Source: Paramecium tetraurelia
Lineage: Eukaryota
Length of the DNA: 64,000 bases
Assembly (NCBI GenBank): GCA_000165425.1
Contig: CT867999.1
Span: 186,001 to 250,000 of the forward strand
Reading direction: 5' to 3'
Both the position numbers and the translations under genes were made by a program. Below the pieces are notes generated by a model. It did not search any database. It saw only the letters and a list, made by a program, of their open reading frames with translations, and had not been told where the DNA came from. Below are positions 25,826 to 39,324 of the stretch, piece by piece. Position 1 is the stretch's first letter, and every line of letters starts with the position of its first letter.

Positions 25826-26773
25826 TCAATAAATTTATGTACTATCTAAGTTTTTTAATGCTCTTGAACTATATATAATTAGAATTAGATATATACCCAT
25901 AATAATTGAAAGGCTGATGGTTACTATCACTTTTTAATTTGAAAGTGTTTGGTGCTCCTGCCTAATAATTATTATATTATTAAGAGAAATACTAGTTTTG
26001 TTAAATATTTTATGATGGTAATTAATACGTTTAATATTATTGCGTTGATTGGCTTGGTTACAATTAATATTATTATTATGTTGCTTGACTTGGTTATAAT
26101 TAATATTATTATTGTGGTAATTATGATTATGAAAGTTGTTGTTATGACTATTGTAATTATTATGAATGCATTTATTATTGTTGTAATTACTAATTTTACA
26201 ATTATTATTCCTATTGGTATTAATAATTTTGATGCTATTAAGGATATACATTTTCTGCTTATTAATTCTACAATTGTGACTAAGTCATTTATTAATTTTA
26301 TAATTGTGTTTGTGTTTTTAACTATTATTAACTATCATAGCCAATAAGCATATTGCCTACGTTTTAGTAATTTATTCTTTATTCATTAGATTGCTGTGAA
26401 TATCTTTGAGGTGCATAATCCTTCTGGTTTTGATTGTAGGGTTCTTTGCGAAAGATATTATCTTGCCCTAGGTACGAAAAATTGTGATTGTATCGCTATG
26501 GATCTCTTCCAGAAGGACTGGTGATTTAATAATTGATAAGCGGTTTCGTAAAATTTTTGATAGGATCAGGTCTAGATTATATAGATTGTGATACACATAG
26601 CTCTGATTCTTTAGTAATGACTGACCGATGATCTAAGAGGGAGGCTCGATCTTTCTGACTCTGGGTCGTTCATGTAATCGAAGATCATCAGGATATTACT
26701 AAGGCTATTTGCGTTTGTTTCTTTGGCTAATTTCTTCTTGGAAGCTTCGAACATAGAGTTCTGGGTCTTGCAT
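25826..26773 (-). CDS. Gln-rich low-complexity hypothetical protein
   Basis: MQDPELYVRSFQEEISQRNKRKQ...; TAA/CAA-rich poly-Gln tract around 25950-26250; intron near the 3-prime end. Confidence 0.65.
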
Positions 26774-26925
26774 TAAATTAAATAAATCAATATTTAATGA
26801 TTATGAAGGCAGAACTTAATTTTATATTTCCCTTAATTTTGAAATATATGATTGATGAGTATTTGAGAACCGAAATCAGAACATAATTAATCAAATCCTG
26901 TTGATGCAAAAATTAATGAGATAAT

Positions 26926-29201
26926 TCAATAAACTAGTTTGTTGTTTATCCATCTGCCATCCATGATTTTTCCATTCATACAATAGAATATGCCAGGACC
27001 ATTTATAAAATCTTTTTAGAAAGTGCCCACAAATCGTTCCCCATTGGTTAAGTAGAGGGTACCCTACCCTTCCTTGTTATCCTAATCAAAATTTCCACTA
27101 TACTTAATCCAGTAACTAAGGACATATAGGATATTATATAATACTCTTCAACATTGTCGAAATCTCTGTAATCAAATGATTCTTGCAATGGTTAAGGATG
27201 CTCATTGTATAGAGTTCCATGACCTTAAAACTAATCTTCACTCCATTGTCCCTAATAGGCAGGTTGTCCTGTTGCATAATAGAGTGTGCCTAAAAAAGAA
27301 TGTAATTGATTCATTACCATCTCCGTGCATCTTGTTCTCTTTCCACCCACCATCATACAATCCACCATCTTGATAGTAAAACTTTCCTTATCCATGTCTC
27401 ATGCCATTGGCTTTCATTCCCTCATAACGAGATCCATTTGAATAATGCTCAACTACAAACTCTGGTCTACTGACACTGTCAGCCTTAAATTAAGGGATGT
27501 CATATGGTAATGAAAACTCCTTGGTTTAAGTGGCTGTTATTTATTAAGGAAGATTGGTGGAATCACTAAGAATTTTAGAAAATTTGAAATATTCTTATCT
27601 TTAGGTGGTTTATTCGATATCTTCATCAGGTTGAGGGTCTATATTTTCATCAAATTACGACTATTTGCTTATGGTTTCACTAGGTTATTTGAAGTGTAGA
27701 GTGTCACATTGATCAGGTTGCAGAGCCTGGATTGGAGCAGGCTACTTTTATATATTGCTGCCCTTTTAACTACTGAATTGATATTCCTGTGCTTATTAAG
27801 TGGTATAATTCATTCTAGATTATTACTAAGTTGCTGTTCTTGTATTTGACATTTTATTAGATAAAGGTTTTGGAGGAAAATATATTTATTAGTGCTATCC
27901 ACTTTTATTACTAAGTATAGACAAATCTGTGGGAATTGTTGGTATAGCATATGTGTATGTCTAATTCACATCCTTGCTGCTATGTCTCGATCCTCTGAGT
28001 CTTGGGACTGAACTATCTCTATTATCTCTTACTATCAGTTACTATTGAGGTACTAATATTTTGCCTAAGGGAGTGAGACTTCTTTATGAAGTGTCAGTTT
28101 TAATTGAATATTAATGAACATATTCTAGTGGTGCGATGTTCTACACTTATTGAACTCTTCTCGATTGAATCTATTAGAGACTATTCACTTAAGTTAGGCT
28201 TGGTTGAATTGTAGTATTGGCAATAGTTGGATGTTGTTGTTGTATTGTTTATAGAGTATTAGATTAATATGTAGGATCTATAATGATCTACCTTTAAATT
28301 ACATTGGGGATATATTATTGTTTATTCTGAACTTATTAATTAGTGATGTATTGTTCCATCTATAAGAAATCTGGCCTTTGATCTTCTTTGATTGTTAACA
28401 TTGTTGTTATCCAATCGCAGAATTGCTGTCCATATCTCTGCCTCAATTTTTATAGTTTACTATTCAAAACATCCTCAATTAGTAGGCCTTGTTCGTAGGA
28501 GTAACAATCGGAACTTGGTTAATTTAAGGCCAAGTGGAGGAAGAGCATGCCCAATGTGAATAGGTCACTCTTGTGTTCATTGTGTTTTGGTTACCAATTG
28601 TTTAATTGAATTGACTTCACCAAAATTGGGGATAGATAAATGCATTCCAAACAATTCGGATTTTAGAGCACTTACATAAAGTTTGTGTTATGTTGAAAGT
28701 ACATTGGGTCTGTCACTTTGATTGTGTCATCAACCAGGTACAGGTATTTGAGTTACAGTGAATTGTGCGGAATCTCATTTTTTTGCATGCATGCTAATCC
28801 TACAATCGCTTGTTTCAAATAGGATACTAATTGGGTTTCATTTAGTGCTGGAACTAACTCCAAATTGCCAGTCGGATACTCAAAAAGTAAGTAGACTTTG
28901 TAGAATTGTCCACAGAGTTATTACTCGAATTGGTAAAAGTAATTGCTCAGATTAAGCACATTTTAATGATTGATTTTATGTCTTACTTGGTATTGTTGGA
29001 CAGCCTTCTTGAAGTGAATCTCATCTGTTATGTTCAAAGTACGAAGAATCAACTTCTGATGAGGATCTCTCTTATGCTATAGGATTAGACACTCAGGAAA
29101 GTCTATGATCATCTACTTTACGACATACCATTGTTATAAACATTAATCTATCTGAAGTGATCATAAAGCTTAGTGATTGGTTTCGAATCTGTTGCTCCCA
29201 T
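26926..29201 (-). CDS. N-myristoylated pseudokinase with C-terminal MORN repeats
   Basis: MGATDSK start; kinase fold with HNSL for HRDL, KVTDP for DFG, YLSP, HKSDLFTLG; Gln/Ser/Pro linker; MORN repeats [37 protein letters not shown]. Confidence 0.88.
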
Positions 29202-29559
29202 TTTTGATTTCAAAATATAATTAACTGCCTATATAATATATACATCAATTATACTAACATAAATGTATTAAATCAATTATATTATTCTCATTATTTTTTT
29301 CATCATTTCCTATTATCTTCACCACTTAAATAATTGAGATTTATGTGAAATCAAATTACTTACTTAGATGAATGTCTAAACAATTAGAATTTTAATTTCA
29401 TAACAAATATTCTCAGATAAAATCACTCTTCATGCTTTTGTAAATATCAACTATTAAATAAAATGCTTAGATATTATAAATTATTCATATGATTGGGAAC
29501 CCTAAAAAGGATTAGAATATAATATAAAATGAATGATCCCAAAGTACATTAATAATCAA

Positions 29560-30119
29560 TCATTATAAACTATTAATACTATTGCGAAACTCTTGCTTGA
29601 CTAATTACACAAAATAGGGACAATTATTCATGTGTTTTCTGATGATTCTTAAGAGGATAGATTGATCCAATTTTCTAATCTTAATTAATTTATCAATTTG
29701 ATCCAACAGATTGCTTATGACTTAGTAATAATGATTTACTCATTGTTCAATTGATTTAAAAGTGAAGGAGAACCAGGGGTGCTTTGGATCGGTTTATTCG
29801 GTGTTTAGATTTGTGAAATCTGGGAGACTTAGGACATATTGAGTTTGGGAGTCGAAAAGTCAGATTAAGTGTATCTCTTGCTCGATTGTTGATTGAGCAT
29901 GTAACCCAGTTGGTTGATATTATCAGCACATCTACTTTGAGCCTATTATATGAGATAATATGAGACTTGGATTAAGTCTTAGATTAGATCTTTGTAGTGA
30001 TTGGTTTGAACTGAACTTGTGGATCGGTACTTCTCTGTTCTGTGGATGGATTCCAATTGATCGATCTCGTACTTCCCATCCAAGATGTCAGAATAGCGAA
30101 TCTATTCTTAACAGTTCAT
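29560..30119 (-). CDS. Hypothetical protein (~177 aa)
   Basis: MNCQEQIRYSDILDGKYEID...; one 26 nt intron; ends KQEFRNSINSLQ*. Confidence 0.7.
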
Positions 30120-30136
30120 TAATATTAATAATAAAT

Positions 30137-30467
30137 ATGGATTGCATTCGTTTCTGGACTATCATTTTTGCTTGTGGATTCATCCTATTTGTAATGGAGC
30201 ATCATTTAATCGTAGTTGTCCTTGTTCCTAATACTCAAATACTAGATCGAATTTTACAGGTATCCTGTTAAGAATCAAACCAATTCGGAGACTACTGCCA
30301 TTGTATCAGCTTGTGTGTATTTGGCCCTGACTATTGGGTTCATAATTTGGGGGAGAAGAAGGGCTGAGAAGCATAAATTGGAGATCTTATAGTAATATAG
30401 CAATTTGCCAGCCAATCAATTTGAGGCAGCTCCTGAGATCGAGAATGAGAAGAAGATGGAATCATGA
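30137..30467 (+). CDS. Small two-TM protein (101 aa), possibly RNASEK/V-ATPase subunit f-like
   Basis: With a 25 nt intron removed: MDCIRFWTIIFACGFILFLSLFLILKY...TTAIVSACVYLALTIGFIIWGRRRAEK...MES*. Confidence 0.65.
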
Positions 30468-30521
30468 GAAAAACTCATGTAATTAGGAATTTACAATAAT
30501 AATCTATAATATTATCTTCTT

Positions 30522-32927
30522 TCATTTCTTGATGCTAGGAAGTTTAAATTACTTCCTAATATCACAAATACTCTTAGTCGTAGGGGTTTTGGATTTAAGT
30601 ACAGGCTTTTTCAAAGAGGAAGCAGCATCCAAGAGGGGACTCTTATTGGAATCAAAGTCAACTGACTTCTTTACCAGGAATGCTTAAGTGGCATTGTTTT
30701 ACAATTGAGGTTTCTTGATCAACATGGTTTGACTGTGCAAAGTTGAATTGGTGGTTTTTATTTTGGAAAGAGGGTACTTCTTTTTGTATTTGGTCAAGTA
30801 ATCATTTAAATCTATTTTATTGATTTCCAAATCATCTCTTTCTTAATCCAATAGCAATTATCGCTGTTTTTAATCGTTCTTAAAGATCTGCTCCTCGTGT
30901 TCAAGCATCTCCTGATCCTTCTGATTCAATTCGTTTTCATCACTTGGCTTTAGTAGTTCTTCCTTAGTCTGTTGGATCATGTACTGAAAGGAACGAGACC
31001 CACTGAGGATACAGTCTTGAACAGCATCATTGAACATATTCAAAGTGGATGCATCTTCGGAATCTATCTTCTTATAGAGGATTGGCAAGATCTAATGGAT
31101 TCTAATTGAAAAATACCTTGATCAATCTCACCCTCACATTAAGGATCGGGTCCTTGGAGAAGATAAGTATATCGTAAAATTAATATTGTTTGAATAGTTT
31201 TCTAGAGATGAATTAAGTGAATTCTTGGACTATATCAATGAAGGTGATTCTATTAAAGTAGCTATCTGATTTAAAGTAGAGTTCAAATAGTTAGATGATC
31301 CAATCCTTTCTCTTCCTTAGATCTCCTAAGTTACTTAAGTATTTGGCAATGTTCAGACAACACAATTGTTTGGTTTTCGGAATTCCCTTACTTATGGTTG
31401 TAATCATAGTATTTAGAAACGTAGTGATTTCAGGGAATATTTATTGGCATTCCGAAAATTTGGATAGTAGATCTATTTGCAGATCCCATTGATTCTTCGC
31501 AATTAGACTATTAAGCAATTCAAGGGCATGTTGACCAAATAGTGGTTGTTACTGACTACGCATAAGATTAACAAACTACTTGTTTTTGAAACGAATTGAC
31601 AATTTATGTAAATCTCGCTATTAACAATTGTAAGACTGCAACACATTTCGATTTCATAAAGTTAATGAAAACTTGAACTAAAATGTCTGTATTCTCACTC
31701 AGAAGTACAACCTCATGAAGACTACTTAAGATAGACCTCTAAAGAGATTCATTGGGATCATTGCAACACAACATATATTACTCTTGAAAGAATTCGAACT
31801 TTTTGAGACTCAATGAGAGTATGGCTGGGAAATTAGAAATATAATTGATTCTCACATCCAAGTTCTTACTCTTGGCATATGAAACATAGATGTTGAGAAA
31901 TAGAGATGTCTAATTTACATTTAAATAATCTTTAACCTAAATTTTTAAAATATTGATTACCAACATATAAACTCTACCACACATCTTAGACATGACAACT
32001 TTACTATCTTCATTTAAACTTTGTATTTGATCAATGAATAGTTTAGTGCATCTGTTTTTGATTTCATCAACTGATAATAAATTGGCGATGGTGAAGAATA
32101 ATCTCATGCCTGAACTCTTTACAATGATATCTGTATCATAATACAGTTCCATGATCTTTTCAAGCAAATAACACTCTATCAAATCACTAGATAGTTATTA
32201 ACACACTTTCACTATCACATCTTCAGCCATCACCAATCTTACTTCCTTATCATGATCTGAACACAAATTTCTAGCTCTATCCAACAACGGCCCTTTGATC
32301 TCATTTCCTAAAAGCTAATCTTCATGAACCAAATTACTTATGCCAATGTGCCTATGAGTTTGGCAGCACTTTATCTAGAAATTGTTGGCTATGAAGCATC
32401 AGTCAGCAGTAGTATCAGTTATTACACTGGGTTTAGAATGATGTTGAGACTGATAACTCTAAGCAATGCATCCATAGTGTGTATCCATTCATCCAAAACT
32501 GGCAATGACCAAATTTTTAGAATCTGAGCAGTCAAATCATAAATTTATAATAACTCCGTTATTTAAAGTGAGTTCTCCTTAATCAATTTATGAAGTGACT
32601 TGGCTGCAATTATTTGATTGTCCTCCTCTTGTTGCTGAATTTCCTCTCTTAAATAATCAATATATCATACACTATGACTTTGAATAAAATCTCGAATGCA
32701 TTTGGTTCTTTTAAAATTCTATGCAAGTTTTAATATATCTAAATATAAACCATAGGTGTTACTGCCTTCTTTTGCAATTATTGCCCCTTTATCAATATCT
32801 GATACGACCTCTGGCATTCACTCAAATCCTCCTCCAACGTCAATTTCTTGAGTTCATCTTCACTCTAATATAGAACGGAGTCTCATACTTTAGTACTTGT
32901 CTTGTATTCTTATTCAGGGAAAAACAT
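30522..32927 (-). CDS. PPP4R4: HEAT-repeat Ser/Thr phosphatase 4 regulatory subunit 4-like protein
   Basis: N-terminal KSEDELKKLTLEEDLSECQRSYQILIKGQQLQ resembles the PPP4R4 N-terminus; HEAT repeats such as LCSDHDKEVR and LYYDTDIIVK; several short introns. Confidence 0.75.
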
Positions 32928-33249
32928 GAAAATTTTAAATATTATTAAATTGAAAATAAATATCAATAGGATAAGAATGTTAGCTAATTAATTACTTAAA
33001 GATTTCATTTTAGTATTGCTAATGCTATTCAATTATTTAGAAATTCATCCCTCTATTATTCTCATTCTAGTAATAATGAAGGTGGCTAATATTAAATCTC
33101 GAAATTTTATAACTCCTTCATTTAAACAACAATTAATCATAATTTTAAGCATTCTCTACTTGTTTACTCTAATCTTCCAAACTTATATGCACATCCCCCT
33201 CCTATTTGTGAATCCTATAATTTATATTTTCTTCTATAAATTATAATAT

Positions 33250-34050
33250 TAATGCAAATCAAATTTTCCATATCAAATATCCTCGTTTGACCAGGTAGAT
33301 GATTCTAATGGACTTAATTCCTAGGGAAAACAATTTCCAATTACTCTACCTTCAAAAAAGTAAGAGTTAACTTCCTTAACTCTTCTGTTCATATTAATGA
33401 ACTCTTCCTGTGAAATTTGGATATAATGAAAAAATGGATGAAGTTAACCATCCATTTTCTATTAAGTAACTCTCCAGTCTGCCAATTAATGGCCATTTAA
33501 TATTCAATAAGTATTGATGATGTACCACTTATTCTTAATTTACTATTTCCTGAAAATATAAGGATTGAACTTAATTATCATTATTCATACTATTCTGTGA
33601 TGTCAATTATTCTAATCATAATTCGAGTTCCTATATTGAAGTGATGATAAGGATAGTTCCTTCTAATCAAATTTTCTATTGATTTCTCTTATAATCAGTT
33701 AAATTTGTACACCAATATTTCATAATATTACCATTTTAAATAATCCAAATTAAATGCTGAATAAGGTTTTTCATATATTCCAAGCGAAAATTTAATTTCA
33801 TTTGTTTTCTTTTAAATCGCTTTAGAATCTTATTATAGTATCCAATAAATAATCATTTATTCATTCTCCGCCTTATCTTCTCCTGCTTTAAGGGTATTTG
33901 CTTTGCCCTAGAATAGGCACATAATTTTTTTTTTCTTTTGAAAATATATTCATTAACTTATGTTAAAATGTACAATCATCATCACAATCACAAAGCTATA
34001 TTTTAAGTTAGGATTAAATTTTACTTATGAGTATAAATTTTTGTCTTTAC
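33250..34050 (-). pseudogene. Probable decayed coding sequence
   Basis: Coding-like run LADWRVTQQKMDGQLHPFFHYIQ...ESSTWSNEDI* bounded by in-frame TGAs; the upstream part is broken in all frames. Confidence 0.3.
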
Positions 34051-34389
34051 TTTTGAAAACGAATACTTCTTTGTAAATTACTGAGCGTGATCTTATATAA
34101 ATTATGAATATTAAATATTTAATTTTTATTGATAAATTACTCTATGTATAAACCACGATTTCAAAATTCTTCTTTTGCTATTAATATCCATAATAATAAC
34201 AATGTTTAATCAAATTCAATGCATAGCATTATTATTACTATATTTTTATTCGAAAAATGAGAATCAACAAAACTGATTTCTTGTTTTTAAGTCAAAATTT
34301 GAAGACTACCTAAGATTATTTTTGTAAATCATAAAAAATCATGACTAATAATGATAGTATATTATAGGAATATATATTATTTCAATCAT

Positions 34390-35569
34390 TCCACTTAAAA
34401 TTGGAGTCACTTACTCTCTCGATTTCTCTAAATTCATCTAATAGTCTTTTATATTTTTTAACATAGTTTTTGATTGCTATTTTTTTGTTCAACCTTATTT
34501 TTTTTTCAATTTATCTTATTGCCTTTTCTATATCATCTCTTATTTCCTTTATACTTCTCATAAGTTTTTAAATAATGAAATATCTTGTTATATTAATTTA
34601 TTAATTTATTGATAAAATTAATATAATTCATACTTAATGGTTTTGAAATTCTTGTTAATAACTTAATTCATTTTCTCTAAAAACATAATTTAAGAATTTG
34701 ATTTTCATTAAACTGATTTGAAATGAAAATATCTGAAGAAAAGCTCATTAACTCTTGAATATTTACTAGATTTATCCAAGAGCCCAACCCTTTTTGTCAT
34801 AAATTTATTCATCTCCAAAAACTAATACTAATCTGCTTAGCAAAAATGTTTTGGATATTCTTAATGGTAAATTGGTTAGAAGGGTTCATCTTATTCCAAC
34901 AAATCTGAGAGCAGATCTGAGAAGCGACTAAGCATTTAAGTATGATTATTGATAATAATATCTAAATTCTTATCTTTTTTCTAGTATTTTCTTCTTTTGA
35001 ATTTCAATGAAGTTTCCTTAAATCCTAAGTAAAGATTCTGTAAAGTTTGGGCAAAATTAGTGTACAAAAACTAATTGAATTGTAATTAGAAAGAATGCAT
35101 TGAGTAATCTAAAGACAACTTTAGATTTATATCAAGAAAAACTTTGGATTTATATCAAAATGCTTGGATTTTCCCTTAACACTTCAATTATGTAATATCT
35201 TAGTTGTCGTTGCTTAAGAAATCCTAAGTAGTTATATTATATAAATTACAAATTTGATCAATTCTTCTTACTAATTTTGATTTTAACATTGAAGAAATGT
35301 AGTCTGTATTCTTAATTGGCAAATAGAATTGACAGACAACATTCATTCAAAAAGAAAATGATTTAAAAATGCCAACATAAAATTTTTTCTATAAAGAACT
35401 CTGCATAAAAATGGTACAGCACAGGGTATTAATTAAGAGCTTAAAGCTGGTGCCACTTAATTGAGTCAAGGAAGGAGGGCCTAGATTCAATTCTTTTATG
35501 AAAAAGAACTTAGTTAGTGAACTTTATATGAAATATATTCTAGAAAGTATATGAATAAATATATTTCAT
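34390..35569 (-). pseudogene. Probable decayed coding sequence
   Basis: ATG near 35569, long coding-like stretches and intron-like GTA..TAG segments, but several in-frame TGAs or frameshifts. Confidence 0.35.
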
Positions 35570-35632
35570 TTTGTGATTAGATTTTAAGAATAAATGAGAT
35601 ATAAAACTATTCATTTTATATTAATATAAAAA

Positions 35633-36247
35633 ATGAATTAATTGGTATCAATTGATTCAACGTTGTAAGCCAATTTAGAACGACTAAGTTATTTGATGGC
35701 CCAGAAGAAGGAGAAGAAACCTGACTTCAGAGATCAATTCAAAACTCAAACAAACTCTAAGAAAATATTCGTTAATTTGAGAGCTTTTGTCAAGCAACCA
35801 CAACCTCCCTCTCCTCCATCTTAGAACTAGTATAAAGAACACAAAATTCCTTCATAAACAATTACTACTTAGACGCAGACTCCAAAAACACCCACTTATA
35901 GACAATAGTTCATAAGACAGTAGTCATTAGCCTAACTAGAACCTTGTTTCAGGAGACAAGAAATATCTGCCAGTAATATAATGAGTGAAAGGACGGATGT
36001 TAAGGCAAGTTATAAGAATTGGGTGGGCTTATCAGTAATAGAAAGAAATGAACTATTTCTTAAGAAGAAGTAACAAAAATTACAGAAGATGAGAGTCGAT
36101 AAAGATGAATAGGAGCTCAGCAAATGTACATTCTCTCCTCATTTCTATAATCCAATCAGCATCGAGAGGCCATCCTCATGTTGTTAGAATAAATCTTATC
36201 AAGATATTCATAAGTAACGAAAGAATCAAAATGAGAAATTATATTGA
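35633..36247 (+). CDS. Hypothetical protein with a ciliate (E)CTFxP-type motif (204 aa, intronless)
   Basis: Open 615 nt frame; ERNELFLKKKQQKLQKMR...ELSKCTFSP. Confidence 0.75.
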
Positions 36248-36398
36248 TCAAACTATTTCCACTTTTTATATAAATACAATTACAATAAATTTAAGTTTTC
36301 TTAGGTTATTTATCTACTTGGAGACAAGCATTACAATTTAAGATCTATTATACTATAACTTTATTATAAACTAAAATAGAATATAGATGTATCTATTT

Positions 36399-39315
36399 TC
36401 AACTTATCCACATCTTTTTTGAATAGTGTTCAGAGGAACTTACTTCAGATTATCGTTATGGATTTTTCATGCGTCCTTAATTTAATTTAAACTAAAAATA
36501 GGAAATTAAAATAAAAACTTGTCTTGATTATTTTATTTCAACTAAAGTAGTAAATGGTAAAAATTGCTTTAATCTTTCTGGTTTGACTTCAAGTCTAAAT
36601 CTATTGATATCCTCAATATTGATTGCATAATAATCCAAGTATTCTTCAAACACATTGACACTATTTTAATATTTAAAATTCTTACTCGTATTCAGTGTCT
36701 ATTTTTGGTTTTATTTGTGCACCATTGTAATACTTTTAAACTTCTTTCAAAACAACTGATAAATTATTGTGAGTGTTATAAATTTCAAAATCAAATCCAA
36801 CTTCAAAATGATCAATCAAAGAATAAGTTTATTAACCTTTATTTTAAGTGAATAGATTCTCTTAAATTTAATTTTCTTTTTAAACTTAATATTCTAATAT
36901 GATTTCATCCAATTTCTATTAGATTGTCTCTGAATCACTTTCTTCCTCTGAACTTTCATTTTCATTAATTTTACTATGACTTATACTGCTGCTCTGCATG
37001 TTTAATGAGGGTGTTGAGGATTAAATTAATTAAGAGAGAGATTTAGTAAGATTATAGAGATCATTTTGTTTTTGATTGATCATTTAGACTTAGTTCTATT
37101 ATGCACGCATGACCTTTTATATTTCTCTTCTTCTGCTTCGATCTTCTTTGAATTTTGATTTGATTTTAAAAGGTTAGGGAACACTTTTAAATTGAATAGT
37201 TTTAAATTGGCCATCATCCAAATTACACTCTTCTACAATAAATCCTGTCATTGGGATTACAGTTTAGATACTTAATGCCTCTTTCTTGATAAGCTATTAA
37301 TGCTTGATGGCATTAAAATGTACTCTATCCTTTCTCACATACTCCTTCATGATTTATCTGATGCATCTATTCTTTGTTTTATTATACACATATAGATCCA
37401 CAAGGAAATGCAATTGTGGACAATCCCTAACAACATGTCCTGGCAATTCACAAGCAAAGCAATGTATCTAAAGAACTTAAAATTGATGTTTATTGACTTC
37501 CTCTTAGATTAAATAGAACTTCTCAAAATCCTTAGGGTATTTTTGCAATATCTGCAAGAAGTCCTCCCTTTTGAGAACAAACAAATCGCTAAACCCTTCA
37601 CTCTTGGCTGAGGCAGTTCGACCTACATTTCCAAAGAAGTTGATCTCCCCAAAGATTTACTTATTAGTTAATTTGGCTACAACCTGTCGAGTCTTAGGCA
37701 ACACAATGTTGATCAATCCGTCTTGAATGAAATAGAGATGATGTGAATTTTTGGGGTTATCTTCAATGATGATATATTCATCTGGTTGTGCAGTCTACTC
37801 GAATAAGATTTGAGTAATGTCTAAGAGGAGGACACGAGAGAAGGTCTTACAGAAATTTGTATAAGTAGCTAAGATATTGCCATTAACATGGACAGTTAAC
37901 AACTATTTCAATTCTTAGGATAGATTAACAGTGATTGCATCCAGTTTAATAAGTCTACTCGAATCCCAAATGTATTATAAATACTTTCTTACTCTCTACT
38001 AGAGGTGTTTGGGTATCTTTACTTTCTGCATGTAATTGTTGATTTCAGCAATATTCTTTTTTTACTAATCTTTTTTTTAACTCATTTATTACATGGTATT
38101 TCCTATGGAATTCATTGTAAATGACAACACCCCACAAGCTACCAATAAGAAGAATATTCCACAAAATCTCTCGGTGGTTGTTTAAGGGGAGATGTCTCCA
38201 TAGCCAACAGTAATCATGGTGGTGACAGCCCAATAGATTGATGTCACATATCTTACTTCTACAGGTTAATCGTAAATCCCAGCAACGACTAACCAATTGT
38301 GATTCGGATCTTCCTGCATTCCTACAAAGTGAAAGATGCACCCCAACCAGTGCGACCAAAATAATACAAAAAAACTTAACTTAAGGAAGCTAGCAATTGT
38401 ATTTATGGTAGTATAGGTCTGTAATTGTTCCTCTATTTTATCGAAAATCACTTTTAGTTTTGCTAACCGAAGTAATCTAATGATCTTAATAAATCGAAAG
38501 AATTTTAATAGTCTCAAAATTTAAGCGCTTTATTGTAAGGTTTTAGATGATCCAGCATTTTTGGTAGTTGAATCAGTTTCTTCGGCATCAGATAACAATA
38601 CAGATTCTATAATCTAATTATGATTGTTTCGTTTAATACCATATCATAGGGGAAAGATGCAATGAGATCCAACCAGAACCAAAGTTTCATATACTGTTTG
38701 AATATCGTTGAATATTGATAGTTGATTGTTCCTTTGATCCAGACTGCTGTGTTGAATGTAACTACGATGTCAATCAAGAAAATAGCAGTGATGAATGTAC
38801 TAAGTTCATTGCTTATCTCGAAATCGAAACTGATTCTAAAAGGGATCGACAAAATTTCATAGAATATTAGAAACATACACAAAAAATCCCAAAGGATTTT
38901 GAGTGTTCCATCTGGGGAAAATACAATGGATTCTAAAAAGGTTAGTCTTTTTTTTGCCTTTGTTCTTTGCTGAATTGAATTACTATTTTTCATCGATGAA
39001 AGTGCCATAGTGAGTGTCATTTCCTTAGACTTCTCCTTTCTTTCAACACACGCGTCATTGTCGAAGGGAGTCTTGAAATCATACATTCGCTGCTCTTGTC
39101 TTGAATGATGTAAGGACTTTAAATAGGATTGAATGCAAAAATACTTTGTCGTTCAATATGTATTGTTCAGTGGGAGACAAACAAAGGTAAGCCTTGCGGT
39201 CAGATATAGATTTATTAATGTACTCCAATCGTCTTCTCTCTCTTTCAGTGTGTTTGTTAAAGTGTTGCTTTTCCAAGAGGTTGGTCTTTAGAAATTTTTT
39301 AACAATAATTGACAT
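36399..39315 (-). CDS. Voltage-gated, cyclic-nucleotide-binding-domain K+ channel (KCNH/EAG-like ciliate family)
   Basis: S4 RLLKFFRFIKIIRLLRLAKL; pore YWAVTTMITVGYGDISP; CNBD FGEINFFGNVGRTASAKS; downstream CCHC knuckle. A 28 nt intron joins the two 5-prime ORF-track frames. Confidence 0.95.
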
Positions 39316-39324
39316 TAATTAAAT

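Noticed and set aside
25934..26347. Asn-rich and Ile-rich ORFs on both strands
   Set aside because: Shadow frames of a poly-Gln (TAA/CAA) tract.
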